Source: Octopus vulgaris
Taxonomy: Eukaryota
Direction: 5' to 3'
Assembly: GCA_951406725.2 (NCBI GenBank)
Contig: OX597818.1
Location: 143,096,001-143,160,000, forward strand
Length of the DNA: 64,000 nucleotides
Below the pieces are notes generated by a model. It was not told where the DNA came from and did no database searches. It saw only the letters and a program-made list of their open reading frames with translations. This document shows, in pieces, positions 25,117 through 36,482 of this stretch. A program made the position numbers and the translations under genes. The first letter of the stretch is position 1; the number at the start of each line of letters is the position of its first letter.

Positions 25117-25275
25117 AAAATAAGATATATTTTTCTTCTTTCACTTTGTTAATGGAAGCAATCTGAGAAACACACAACATTATTGTTATTGATCACAAGT
25201 TTGAGATGCTAGAACACAGCCAGGCTGCATGAGGACAATTTAACAACTAACCTTGTCTGTCTCACATAGTTATAA

Positions 25276-25640
25276 TCTCTATATATATAAACGGCAAAAT
25301 GTCTGTGTGTGTGTCCTTTATACAAATCCACAATTTTTCAGTTAGAGGGCTCGCACTTTCTATGGTCATTCAAAACCATCCAAGGGTGACTGTGCACATC
25401 TTTACATTTTCCCCAGTCACCCAGCAAAGCCATTAAAAAATCAATAGAAGTGAATTTTTTGTGAATTTTCTATCCAAAACCCAATCAAAATGCCCGAAAC
25501 TTGATACACCAATTGAATGCCAGCTAGCTGTATGTGATTGGTTGGAGATTTGGACAGTACGCGCATGTATGTGTGCACGCATGCAGCTGTATATGCAATC
25601 ACTAGCACTATGACCTGGCAACGCCGGGTCATGGTGCTAG
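25276..25640 (+). mobile_element. Non-autonomous Helitron
   Basis: a|TCTCTATATATATAAACGGC start; 3' hairpin ctagcactatgacctggc...gccgggtcatggtgCTAG|t. Confidence 0.8.
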
Positions 25641-25874
25641 TAGTATCTAAAGTATACCTCATTAGGTATGCAGATTGAAGGTACATGGGCTAGTACAAGG
25701 ATCATAAGGTAATGGATTCAATTCCTGAACAAGGCAGTACGTTGTGTCCTTGAGTGAGGCATTTCATTCCCCATTGTTCCAGACTACTTATGCAGCTGTA
25801 ATGAGTACCATTAAAATGTCACATCTTGGAAGTTCTGTTAGGTTAAGGAGGCCTAAAAGGTGTCCACATCTGTA

Positions 25875-26255
25875 ATCATCATTGTTCGACCGTGGTCAAG
25901 ACAATGGAATTTACTATGTTACGCCAGACTTCACGGTCCATCATAGCATTATGGAGGTCCTGTTGCTGGATGCCTGTATCCCTGGAGATTACATCAGGGT
26001 AGGAGAGTGTGCGCCCTCTGGTATTGCGAGTAGATGGCTTCCAGAGGAGAAGAGTAGAAATTACTTCTTTTTCAGCTCTACAACAATGTCCAGCAAACTG
26101 GACTCTTCTACCTTTCACAAGAGATGACACAGGTGGTAGTTTCCCATATATTTGCATTTTGGTTGGATGGCGCTTCCACGAGAGATTTTGAGCTCTCATA
26201 AGGAAGCGAGTGTAGGTTCCATCCAACCGCCTCTCAAGCTTCTTTGATAACGTCC
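25875..26255 (-). mobile_element. RTE-group LINE 3' fragment
   Basis: WTLSKKLERRLDGTYTRFLMRAQNLSWKRH...RRVQFAGHCCR...LLLWKP...AMMDREVWR, typical of an RTE/RTEX C-terminus. Confidence 0.8.
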
Positions 26256-26365
26256 ATCTGTACATGCTTATATCGCTACCTAAAACAATGAGCAAAAGTA
26301 TGACATGTGATATTAAGCCACACTCACTCATGAGGGATGGCTTGCTGCACCATGTTGCTGTTTAT

Positions 26366-26661
26366 TTCGTGGCCGATGCCAGCGCCGCCTCGACTGGCTT
26401 CCGTGCCGGTGGCACGTAAAATGCACCAATCCGACCGTGGCAGTTGCCAGCCTCGCCTGGCACCTGTGCAGGTGGCACGTAAAATGCACCCACTACACTC
26501 ACGGAGTGGTTGGCATTAGGAAGGGCATCCAGCTGTAGAAACATTGCCAGATCAGACTGGAGCCTGGGGCAGCCTTCTGGCTTCCCAGATCCCCGGTTGA
26601 TCCGTCCAACCCATGCTAGCACAGAAAACTGACGTTAAACGATGATGATGATGATGATGAT
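26366..26661 (+). mobile_element. RTE-derived 3' tail/SINE with (GAT)n tail
   Basis: gtggttggcattaggaagggcatccagctgtag...ccaacccatgctagc...gacgttaaacgatgatgat; related pieces recur at 28560, 35850, 40370 and 49915. Confidence 0.75.
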
Positions 26662-26771
26662 ATTTGAAACACCAGTTTCATAATAAAAGTCATTTAGTGA
26701 ATCCCTTGAAATTCTTATTTTCAAAATTAATTGAAATCTTTAAGTGGTGTATTTCATTAGGAATACTTTTA

Positions 26772-27172
26772 ACTTTTACTTGTTTCTGACATTAGACTGT
26801 GGCCATGCTGGGGCACCACCTAAAAGAATTTTTAGTTGAATGAATCAACTCCAGTACTTTTATTTTTGTGAAACCTGATCCTTATTCTATCTGTCTCTTT
26901 TGCTGAACCACGAAGTTACATGGATGTAAACACACCAACACTGCTTGCCAAGCAGTGGTGGGGGGCAAACATAGACACAAAGACACACACACACATATAT
27001 ATGGATATAATGGGCTTCTTTCAGTTTCCATCTACCAAATCCACTCACAAGGCTTTGGTAAGCCCAAGGCTATAGTAGAAGACACTTGCCCAAAGTGTCA
27101 CACAGTGGGACTGAACTTGGAATCATGTGGTTGGGAAGCAAGCTTCTTACCACACAACCGCCCTTGCACCTA
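26772..27172 (-). mobile_element. tRNA-derived SINE (ggcgcaggagtggctgtgtggtaag family), diverged
   Basis: Homologous to 42011-42421 in reverse. Confidence 0.8.
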
Positions 27173-29846
27173 ATATGGTTATAAAAGAGTTAAAATCTAA
27201 TTAGTTCCATCAGATCTAGACAAACACAAATTACAAATAAACGGTAAGATTATCAAACATGGTGTAGGCATAGCTGTGTGAATAAGAAGTTCATTTTGCA
27301 AGCCAACTAATGTCCTGCAAATAAATTTGGTAGATAGAAACTATGCAGAAGCCTACCAATTATATATATGTGTGTACGCATGCATTTGTTTCTCACTAGA
27401 TAACACAACTGGTAGACGTTTGTTTACATCTCCATATTTCACTTTATCAGCCCTGGAAAGACAGGAGTTGACTTCAATGAGATTTGAATTCAGAATGCAA
27501 AGAACTGGAAGAAATAACAGAAAGCAGTTTTTTATGGTCTAATAATTCTGCCAATCCATCAACCTTTGTTCTTCAGTAATAACATGTAACACACACTAAA
27601 TTATAACTGTCTCTTTGATGTTCTAAAATACAATATTTTTTATGGCCTAATTGGAGGAGGAATGACAGTTCCAATGAGTTTTTTCAGGGTTCCAAAGTTC
27701 ATAGGTGAGAGAGATTTACTTTCAAATCAGAGACCTCATCAGAATGCTTGCAATGGAGTACACTCTGCATGGCCACATTATACTCAGTTTTGATGATAAT
27801 ATTTCTCCATTATATGTGAAAAATTTAATTCAGGTTTCAAAATAGTGTTCATCTCTCTATACTAAATTGTTTTACAGCTTTCTTTAGGCCTCTGTTGGTC
27901 AGAGTTGATCCTGTATCTATATGTTTAGGCTTTGGTAAGAGTTTTTTTCAATTTTGAAAAAGACTGGCTGTTGCCATGTATGCAGGTCTCCCCTTTCTAT
28001 GCTATTGATGTTGTCCAAGGGAAAGCCTAATAATTTAGTGGGTGATGCAGCTTAGCACTAGTGTCATTGCAGCTGTTGCAATTGGAATGCAAATGGTCAG
28101 ATAGACAGAAGACATTCCTGTTTGACATGCTAACAACTCTGCAAATCCACTGCCATAGATTGACGTTTTATTGACCCTGAAACGATGTATGACAAAGTTG
28201 ACTTTAGCAGAATTTGAACTCAGTACTCTAAGACGTGGAACAAACATTATAAGGTATTCTAGCCAAAACACTAACAACTTTGGCAGTTTGCTGTCTTTTC
28301 ACACTTTTACAGCAGACAAAAATGATACATTTAATTCATCAGTTACTCTTTTTTATAAGGAAATAATTTGGATTGGACAATTAAGAAGAAAGTTATATTA
28401 CAAAAACAAAGAATATTACCAAGCCCACTCTTGAAAACAAATTCCTAAGAGAAACAAAATGGCAAGGGTTATACAGTTACTTAACAGGTGAAATTTAAAA
28501 GAACCCAACATATTGACCATTCATTTTATTGGATTATTTTGTTCCAGGATAATGAATAATAATCATCATCATTATTTAACGTCTGCTTTCCATTCTGGCA
28601 TGGGTTGGACGATTTGACTAGGGTCTGGCGAACCAGATGGCTGCACCAGGCTCCAATCTTCATCTAGCAGAGTTTCTACAGCTGGATGCCCTTCTTAACA
28701 CCAACCACAAATGATAAAGGGTTCTACATTCAAAATAATAATCATCATCATTATTTAACGTCTGCTTTCCATTCTGGCATGGATTGGACGATTTGACTAG
28801 GGTCTGGCGAACCAGATGGCTGCACCAGACTCCAATCTGATCTGGCAGAGTTTCTACAGCTGGATGCCCTTCCTAACGCCAACCACTCCTAGAGTGTAGT
28901 GGGTGCTTTTAACCACTACAATCAAAATCACTAAAGTGAGCCTCTATGTGGTTACATGAACTACTAGAAACAGCAGCGAAATTTCTCTTCTGACATACCT
29001 GAAAGTCTTAAAAGTGATATCTAAGATTACATCATGTGTATGTTACATGATGCCTAACAGAAACAATAAAAAGAAAATAATAATAAAATGAAGAGAGAGA
29101 CAATGGTCATTTTGGAATGCTTTTAATCATAAGTTTGCTCAATCAGGACCAACCTGGGGACAAACAACAACAAAAACAACAACATGTAGTTCTATGAAAT
29201 CACTGATTGTTTATATATGTTTGATGATAAGAATCTGTGTTTATGAGCAATGAAGGTCATATAAGAACAGAACTGAAATGAATATGTGACTTGACAGTAA
29301 AACATCTTCCAGGCCCCTGGGACTTAGAAAAATGTGTTCAAAATGAAAACAGGATAATCACAGATCTGTTCATCACCACCATCACAAGAACAACAGTAAA
29401 AGCATAAAAAGTGGGGTTTTTTTTTTAAAAAAAGGCAGTTGAAGGAGATTGATTTATTATTGAATGTGTAAGAGGCACTTGGCTACCATGGGTCAAACAA
29501 TGATACTAATAATGATACAAAAATTTACAAAAAAACAAGCATATGTTTACTGTTGTGTCACTGAAATACTGACCATATGGTAAAACAATTGGGTCCACAA
29601 TTTATCAACATAATCACTGCACCATCCAATTGATGTTTGATTGTACTGGAAGACGACTAGAGGTAATATTAAAATAGGGCTTTGTATAGGGTATTTGGCT
29701 CATGAAAATCAATGAAGATTATTGTATGATTGACCTATTTACATGAGTGAATAAGAACTTACAAGATGACAGCTAGAATGAGAGACCAACATTGGACATG
29801 GAAATGAAATGTAATTTTATGAACCTTCCACACAAATCAAAATCTT

Positions 29847-29852
29847 TTTATT
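29847..29852 (-). promoter_or_regulatory. Candidate polyadenylation signal AATAAA for TRMT12
   Basis: AATAAA ~95 nt downstream of the stop codon; AT-rich background lowers specificity. Confidence 0.35.
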
Positions 29853-29946
29853 TCTTTGTCTAATGTTTGCCTGGCAACCAGAGATTATCTCACAAAGTTG
29901 AATTGTCATAAATACAACAGTAAGGGCCCAACAATTTCAGTTGGGT

Positions 29947-30600
29947 CTAATAATTCATTCCAGCATGAGAAAATGTTTCTGCTGGGCGACATTCAAGGTC
30001 CAGCACCAAGTGATCTATATGAGGAGCATATGGTTTAACATGCTCAATATGTTTTACGATAGTTGCCCATGGTTTGCAGTGTAGTTCTTCTAGAATGTGT
30101 CTGATAGAAGCTGCCACATCTGCTGCCCATTCTTCCCATTTTTCTTGCCGTTGTAACTGTTTCTCACTCAGTGGTTGATCTGAATTCAAAGTTTCATAGA
30201 TTTTTATTATATCACCATCATCAGAGTCAGTTGTGTAATTTTCCTCCATTGAATATTTGCCAAAGTCGTTAGGTAGATATGATTGTCTTGGAATGCTACT
30301 GGTACTACTACTACTACTACTATTACCACCACAGTGTTGATTGATGTTTCGGTAAAGAGGTAAAGAAGGTGTTTGACCCTGAAGAGTAGCAGAAAGTTCT
30401 GCTGCTGCCTCCGCTGCTCGGTTCTGGATTCTCATTCGAATCTCTTCACTTTTATTACTTGATGCTGTTGAAACATTCTCATGGATATGCAAGATGCCAC
30501 CAATGTCACTTTTAAGAGATAAACAGGCTGGAAGCCACCCTTCTCTGCTACTGGGTAACAATCCTAGATTTACTCTGTCAGCAACTCCATGGGGACATAC
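29947..30600 (-). CDS. TRMT12: TRMT12/TYW2 (tRNA wybutosine-synthesizing protein 2) terminal exon
   Basis: Acceptor ttctag|GTATGT. Encodes VCPHGVADRVNLGLLPSSREGWLPACLSLKSDIGGILHIHENV...KWEEWA...KPWATIVKHIEHVKPYAPHIDHLVLDLECRP, matching the TYW2 C-terminus. Stop TAA at 29947-29949. Confidence 0.93.
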   Translation of the reverse strand, partial: VCPHGVADRVNLGLLPSSREGWLPACLSLKSDIGGILHIHENVSTASSNKSEEIRMRIQNRAAEAAAELSATLQGQTPSLPLYRNINQHCGGNSSSSSSTSSIPRQSYLPNDFGKYSMEENYTTDSDDGDIIKIYETLNSDQPLSEKQLQRQEKWEEWAADVAASIRHILEELHCKPWATIVKHIEHVKPYAPHIDHLVLDLECRPAETFSHAGMNY

Positions 30601-31126
30601 CTAGAACAAAATAGAAAAGTATGAGTCATTGGCATTCTTTTAGAAACAAACAATCAAAATAAGGGAAAATTTAATCACAATCCCAGTATGTATTTTTTAA
30701 ATAATACATTTACAGCTTTAATTAGTTTACAGTGATAAAATTGTCAAGGTTGCAATGAGAACACTTCAATCATGACTCAGGTATATAGGAGAATGCAAAC
30801 ACCTTATTTATAAATTAATGATATAACTTAAAATTCATTGTTTTTGCTGCTTTTAGTAAAGTGTTAAAAAGTTTGTTTCATAGTCATAATACCCCAGGTT
30901 CTATCTCACTGAGCAAATGTCTTTACCACACCCTCAAGCTGATCCAAGACCTGTCAGTGAATTAGGTGAACAGAATCTGTGGAAGTCCATTGGATGGACT
31001 GTACCAGTAATAGAAAGGGCTAGGCTTGTCACATACTGATTCTTCTTGAGGATAACATTAAGGACACAGCCATTTACACTATAATTCAAAGAGCAGGTGG
31101 AGATCCTTATATATTTATTAACTGTA

Positions 31127-31343
31127 TGAGGGGGTGCTGAGAAGTTCCTAGCTTTGTGAATAAGAAAATACAAGAGGATAAGTTAATTATGATTTTATTC
31201 AACTTATTCACTATTCAGATTCACACGCTTATTGCAGAAGTCCTTCAGTTTTTCTAAGTCCTGTAAAGGAACTCGGAAATTTGGGCCTCCAACCAGGCCT
31301 TTCATGATATCCTTAAAGCCTGGAACTTTTCAGCAACCCCTTG
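31127..31343. mobile_element. Tc1/mariner-type MITE
   Basis: TA-flanked imperfect TIRs tgagggggtgctgagaagttcc / ggaacttttcagcaaccccttg. Confidence 0.7.
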
Positions 31344-31839
31344 TATTTGCCAGAGCATAAGGTGCACATTTTCTATTTTGAAATGTATCAAAAAATAGTC
31401 CTATGTCTAAAATAGTCCTACATCTAATGCATTTGTAATACAGAGTGAAGAGTCTTTGGCTAGGGAGCCAGATGAGCATAAGTTCACAAGGTACAGTAAT
31501 AATAGATATTGAAAACAAACCAGAATATCACAGTCTGTTAGTAAAAACTTACAAAAACATTGCTTGTTCATTGGTAGTTATGTGGGGAGGTCATATTATC
31601 TTATTTTACCACTTTCCCCGGTATACATAATCCAAATCTGACATGTCTTACATTATTTAATGACTGTCTTACCTTTAAGAAACATTTTTTAGTTATCTAA
31701 AATGAAAAGTTCTCCTTGAAAGTTGAAATGTTAAATTTCACTATAGTGGTGGAATACCACCCTAATGGCTTGTACGAGTTTCACATCCTGAATGGCAATT
31801 CTGCTAACCAAGATATGAACAACTATACAGTTTATCTAC

Positions 31840-31887
31840 CCCCTGCGCAAAGATGACACGCAAATTCGTGAAGCGTTCCATATTTTT
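31840..31887 (+). pseudogene. U6: U6 snRNA 3' part (retrocopy, 5'-truncated)
   Basis: CCCCTGCGCAAAGATGACACGCAAATTCGTGAAGCGTTCCATATTTTT equals the 3' 48 nt of metazoan U6 with one mismatch. Confidence 0.93.
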
Positions 31888-32128
31888 AGCCTACAAAGTC
31901 AGAAAACAACACAGCTCCCATGACTTTCGGAAACATTTTTTCACGCTCAGAGTTGCTGAAGCATGGAATAAACTGCCTGCGTCAGTTGTTGACTGCTATG
32001 ACACTGCATCCATTAAAGCCCTCATGCTTTCCGAAATCCGCCGAAACTACACCTGATTATATATACACTTTAGATGAGCTGTAGTGTACCTGAGCACTGT
32101 ACACAATATTTTATTATTATTATTATTA
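31888..32128 (+). mobile_element. CR1 LINE 3' end fused directly to the U6 fragment
   Basis: AYKVRKQHSSHDFRKHFFTLRVAEAWNKLPASVV, the 3' UTR cctgagcactgta and an (ATT)n tail; same family as 17226-18246. Confidence 0.9.
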
Positions 32129-32396
32129 TAAAAGAAGATAAAATTGAAGTATGGTACTCCCATAACATAGTTTATTTATGATAAATTTGTGGCTTCATAT
32201 TGCATTCCAGTGAACTGTCACAACATTGTATTTACATGTGCAGAACCATACATTTTTCCCTACAAAGCTACTTTAAAATATCTTTCCAAATGTGTATGAT
32301 GAAACATATTAAATATATTTTTTCCATGAAATATACTTGTAAAGTTGGGGTACATTTTATACCCTGGCAAATGCGGTACTTTGTTTATGTACTTAC

Positions 32397-32554
32397 TTTC
32401 TTGTTATCTCCAAAATGTATGATACAACGATCTTCTACTTTGTTGAGTTTGAGATTTTCTCTCAAGGCATGGACTGCATCAGGGTTCCATTCACAGGCGT
32501 GGACCATGCTAGCTTTTGCATGGACAAGGTAGGGCAAAGTAAAGTAACCAATGC
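32397..32554 (-). CDS. TRMT12: TRMT12/TYW2 internal exon (SAM-binding fold)
   Basis: ttgtag|...|gtaagt; (G)IGYFTLPYLVHAKASMVHACEWNPDAVHALRENLKLNKVEDRCIIHFGDNKK. 158 nt, phase 1 to 0, fits both neighbours. Confidence 0.95.
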
Positions 32555-33273
32555 CTACAAAAACAATAAGATAAAACAATACAAATCATCTTGACTTTGC
32601 CTCACACGTTCACACACTCATATGCAAAAATACTCACACACACACATGTAACTACATGTGAATGCATGCAAAGTACACACACAAAACCACATATCACTCA
32701 CAAGTATATGCACACAGCCACATACATATGCACACACACACACACACACACAAACATGCAAATGAACATGTACTTTTGGCAGTCAGTGTTTTCACAAAGT
32801 AGGGCTGACAGAACCAAGAAGAGATCTCTAAGTTTCACGAATCTCCAACTTCATAATGTGAAGTGGATGTTAGACAGACCTCTTTTCCCTTCTCAAACAT
32901 TTGAGGGAAATATTTCTCATTCAGATAAATTACAAATTAGTAGAATAAACCAATGAAGAAGTGGCTACATGGTCACCAAAACTGCTAGAAACAACAGCAA
33001 AATCTTACTGCAATCACATGTTACCACTCTAAAACAAAATGAGGGGATGGCACAATAGATAATACGATGTTGGATATACTATTTTTAAAATATTTTACTT
33101 GTTTCAGCCATTGGAGAGTTTTAGTCAATTATATTAAACCTAGCATTTATTTCTAAGTTTAGTACTTATCTCACTGAGATCTCTATTTGTGGAATCACAA
33201 AGTTACAGGACATAAGAACACTGTTTTCCAAAGTGTTGTCAATTAAAGCCAAAGATGAAGACAAATGCAATGC

Positions 33274-33384
33274 TGGCTCTGACGAAGGTGTCATTAATCT
33301 TAGGTCTTTCAATTTACCTCAATTGATCAATAGATCAATTGAGTGAACCTATCTATGATGAACACTGGAAACAGCTGTAAGCCA
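33274..33384 (+). ncRNA. Type I hammerhead ribozyme (Penelope-like) with long stem II
   Basis: tggct-CTGACGA-[~82 nt stem II including ctcaattgatc-aata-gatcaattgag]-GAAA-cagctg-TA-agcca. Stem I tggct/agcca; palindromic stem III acagctgt; GUA cleavage triplet. Confidence 0.75.
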
Positions 33385-33614
33385 AATTTGGTATAATAAA
33401 GGAATTATATGTAATGACCATTATCTTAACTTGTCTATTATATATATCACTCTGTGAAATCCAGTTTATCTGAATCCCATCCACGGATCTACAACATAGA
33501 ATTGTAATGAACCATAACTTTGGATCCTACCAAAATCTAAGTGATATTGTTAACCTGGTGTACGAACAGAGAACTTATGAAGTATTTTGCCCAGATTGAT
33601 AATCTCTCACTATT

Positions 33615-33665
<51 letters not shown>

Positions 33666-34419
33666 GAGATTCAGCATGACACAGAATGTGACAAGGCTGA
33701 TCCTGACCCTTCAAAATACAGACACTGCTCATTTTTGCCAGCTCATTTTACGGGGGCAATGAGAAATAAAGTGCCTTACTCAAGGATACAGTGCACTGCT
33801 GGGTACTGAACTTACAAGCTTACGATCATGCACTGAATACCCTAACCACTAAGCCACCCATCTTCACATATGCATGAATGCATGTGTGTATCTTTGTGTC
33901 TCCTGCACCACTACTTGACAGCTGGTGTTGGTGTATTTATGTCCTCCATAATTTAGTGGTTCAGTAAAAGGGACTGATACAAGTGCCAGACATGAAAACA
34001 ATAGATAAGTACAGGGGTTTATCTGTCTGACTAAAATTCTTCAAGGTCGTACCCCAGCATGGCTGCAGTCTAATATGTGGATGCCCCATCATATACATGC
34101 AGGCATATGATGGGTTTCCACACAAATTCTATCAACTAATTTCCCTAACAAGACACCGGCCCAAAATGCTTTGCAGTGGAAGTGAACCCAAAGGTGTGTG
34201 ATTGTGTCTGTGCCTATGTCTAAAAAGGAACCATGTTACTATAATTGGATCACCTTTGATTGTATGACTTCTCAATCATAGCTGACCCAGAGCTAAACAT
34301 CAACAATATGAGTAGAACAAAAAAGATTATCTGTAACCACCACAACTCAAAAGACTGCTTAGAAGATACAAACTCTTTATCTCAAGCATTTGCACCAAGA
34401 TGGTTTCAATACAAATATA

Positions 34420-34795
34420 TTTACTCTTTTACTCTTTTATTTGTTTCAGTCATTTGACTGTGGCCATGCTGGAGCACTTATTTTTTGTAAGCCTAGTACT
34501 TATTCTATCGGTCACTTTTGCCGAACCGCTAAGTTACGGGGGACGTAAACACACCAGCATCGGTTGTCAAGCGATGTTGGGGGGACAAACACAGACACAA
34601 ACATATACACATATATATATATATATACATATATACGACGGGCTTCTTTCAGTTTCCATCTACCAAATCCACTCACAAGGCTTTGGTCAGCCCGAGGCTA
34701 TAGTAGAAGACACTTGCCCAATGTATCACGCAGTGGGACTGAACCCGGAACCATGTGGTTCGTAAGCAAGCTACTTACCACACAGCCACTCCTGG
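34420..34795 (-). mobile_element. tRNA-derived SINE (ggcgcaggagtggctgtgtggtaag family)
   Basis: Reverse match to 42011-42421. Confidence 0.88.
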
Positions 34796-34953
34796 TAATA
34801 TTTATTTTTAATTAAATCCTAGTTGGGTTTTAAAATATTCCTTTTCAAACACATGTGGTTGCTCAACATGATTTTAGCTATTCAAGGCAAGGCTGACTTA
34901 GCCATGTGAATTCTGTGTTGTTTAGTTGCAGTCACAAAACTAATGACACTTAC

Positions 34954-35063
34954 CACTATAAAGATCAACTATGGTTTCATGGCGACAGTCAAACGTAGAT
35001 ATTCGTAATTTCTCAGTGATATTCCCAGCACTCAACATACATTTGGTGACATCATAGTGATAG
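34954..35063 (-). CDS. TRMT12: TRMT12/TYW2 internal exon (absent from ORF track)
   Basis: ttcacag|...|gtaagt; YHYDVTKCMLSAGNITEKLRISTFDCRHETIVDLYS(G). 110 nt, phase 2 to 1. Confidence 0.93.
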
Positions 35064-35849
35064 CTGTGAAATGAAAAATAGTTACAGATATAGTTTAAGT
35101 AGCTGCTGTACCAAAATTTGCCTATTCAAATAAATATAATGACATGAATTCATTATATTTTGAATAAATTGCCATAAAAAGATACTAACAATCTTTAGTT
35201 TGTCTGGAACTGTTGATTCATTCAGAATTTCTTCTTTTTATCTTTTTGTCAGAAGGGAAGGTAGGACCCATGACCCTTTACAGAATCTCTGAGACTGATG
35301 GGAAGGAGAGAGGGTAATATCCTCAAACCAAAGATTCAGCCTCAATGCTTGCCACAGAATGGTCACCAGTATTTCATAAATATGTACAAAATAGCTAGAC
35401 AAACAGACAGACGGGCGGATGGACGGGCGGACAGGCAGACAGACAGACAGATAAATAGATAGATAGGTAACTAGATAAATAACTAGATAAATAAATGAAT
35501 AAATAATAAAAAGAACCCTAAAATAGAATTTTCCTCTTACATTTTAAAAATATTCTTGGAAATCAACATCCTTTGATTTTTTTCAAACTAATGTACTAAT
35601 TTACTTAATTACTCTGACTGAATAATTTTTCTAATCAATAATTTTTTGTAATGTTTATTGTACGGTGTTTTGAAGTAAACAATATTAGTTTTACTATCTT
35701 CTGTTAATAAGAGTAAACTTCAGAAAATGTCACACAGCGCATGATCTCCTTGAAAAAATCTACACCTAAACAATATACCAGCTAACTATGTGCAAAATTG
35801 CAGCCATCGCCTTGGAATATACATGCAAACATTCATCCACTTTATATCA

Positions 35850-36449
35850 CCATCATCATCATCATCATTTAATGTTCATTTTCCAAGCTGGCATGGGTTG
35901 GACGGTTTCACAAGAGCCTTAATGCCAAGGGCTGCACCAGACTCCATTGTCTGTTCTGGCATGGTTTCTACAGCTGAATGCCCTTCCAAGTGCCAACCAC
36001 CTTACAAAATACGAGGTGCTTTTTATGTGGCAGCAGCATCAAAGCTTTTTGCATGGCACCAACACCAGTGCTTTTTACATGGCATCAGCACTGGTATCCA
36101 CTGTGGTGGATGGGTCTCCTTGACTACAGCAAAGTGCCAGATATCTTTACATCCATACACATCACATGACCAAACCAGCACAGTTTTCTCTCTTGCACAC
36201 TGCATCTAATTCCTCTTATGCCTAACTTTTCTCTCAATGAAACTAGTCCTCTGTCACACAAGTACACTGTCACTGCACATCCAGCAAAGCATACTAGCTT
36301 CATTCCTCTCTAGTCTTTGCATGTCTTCTGCATTTAGGGCCTATGTCTCACTACCATGTAGTATTGATGTTCATACACATACATCATGCAATCTTCCTTT
36401 CATTCAGAGAGAGAGAGAGAGAGAAAAAGAGAGAGAGAGAGAGAAAAAA

Positions 36450-36482
<33 letters not shown>

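Noticed and set aside
31840-31887. Functional U6 gene
   Set aside because: Lacks the 5' ~59 nt including the ACAGAGA box and any upstream promoter; fused to a LINE.
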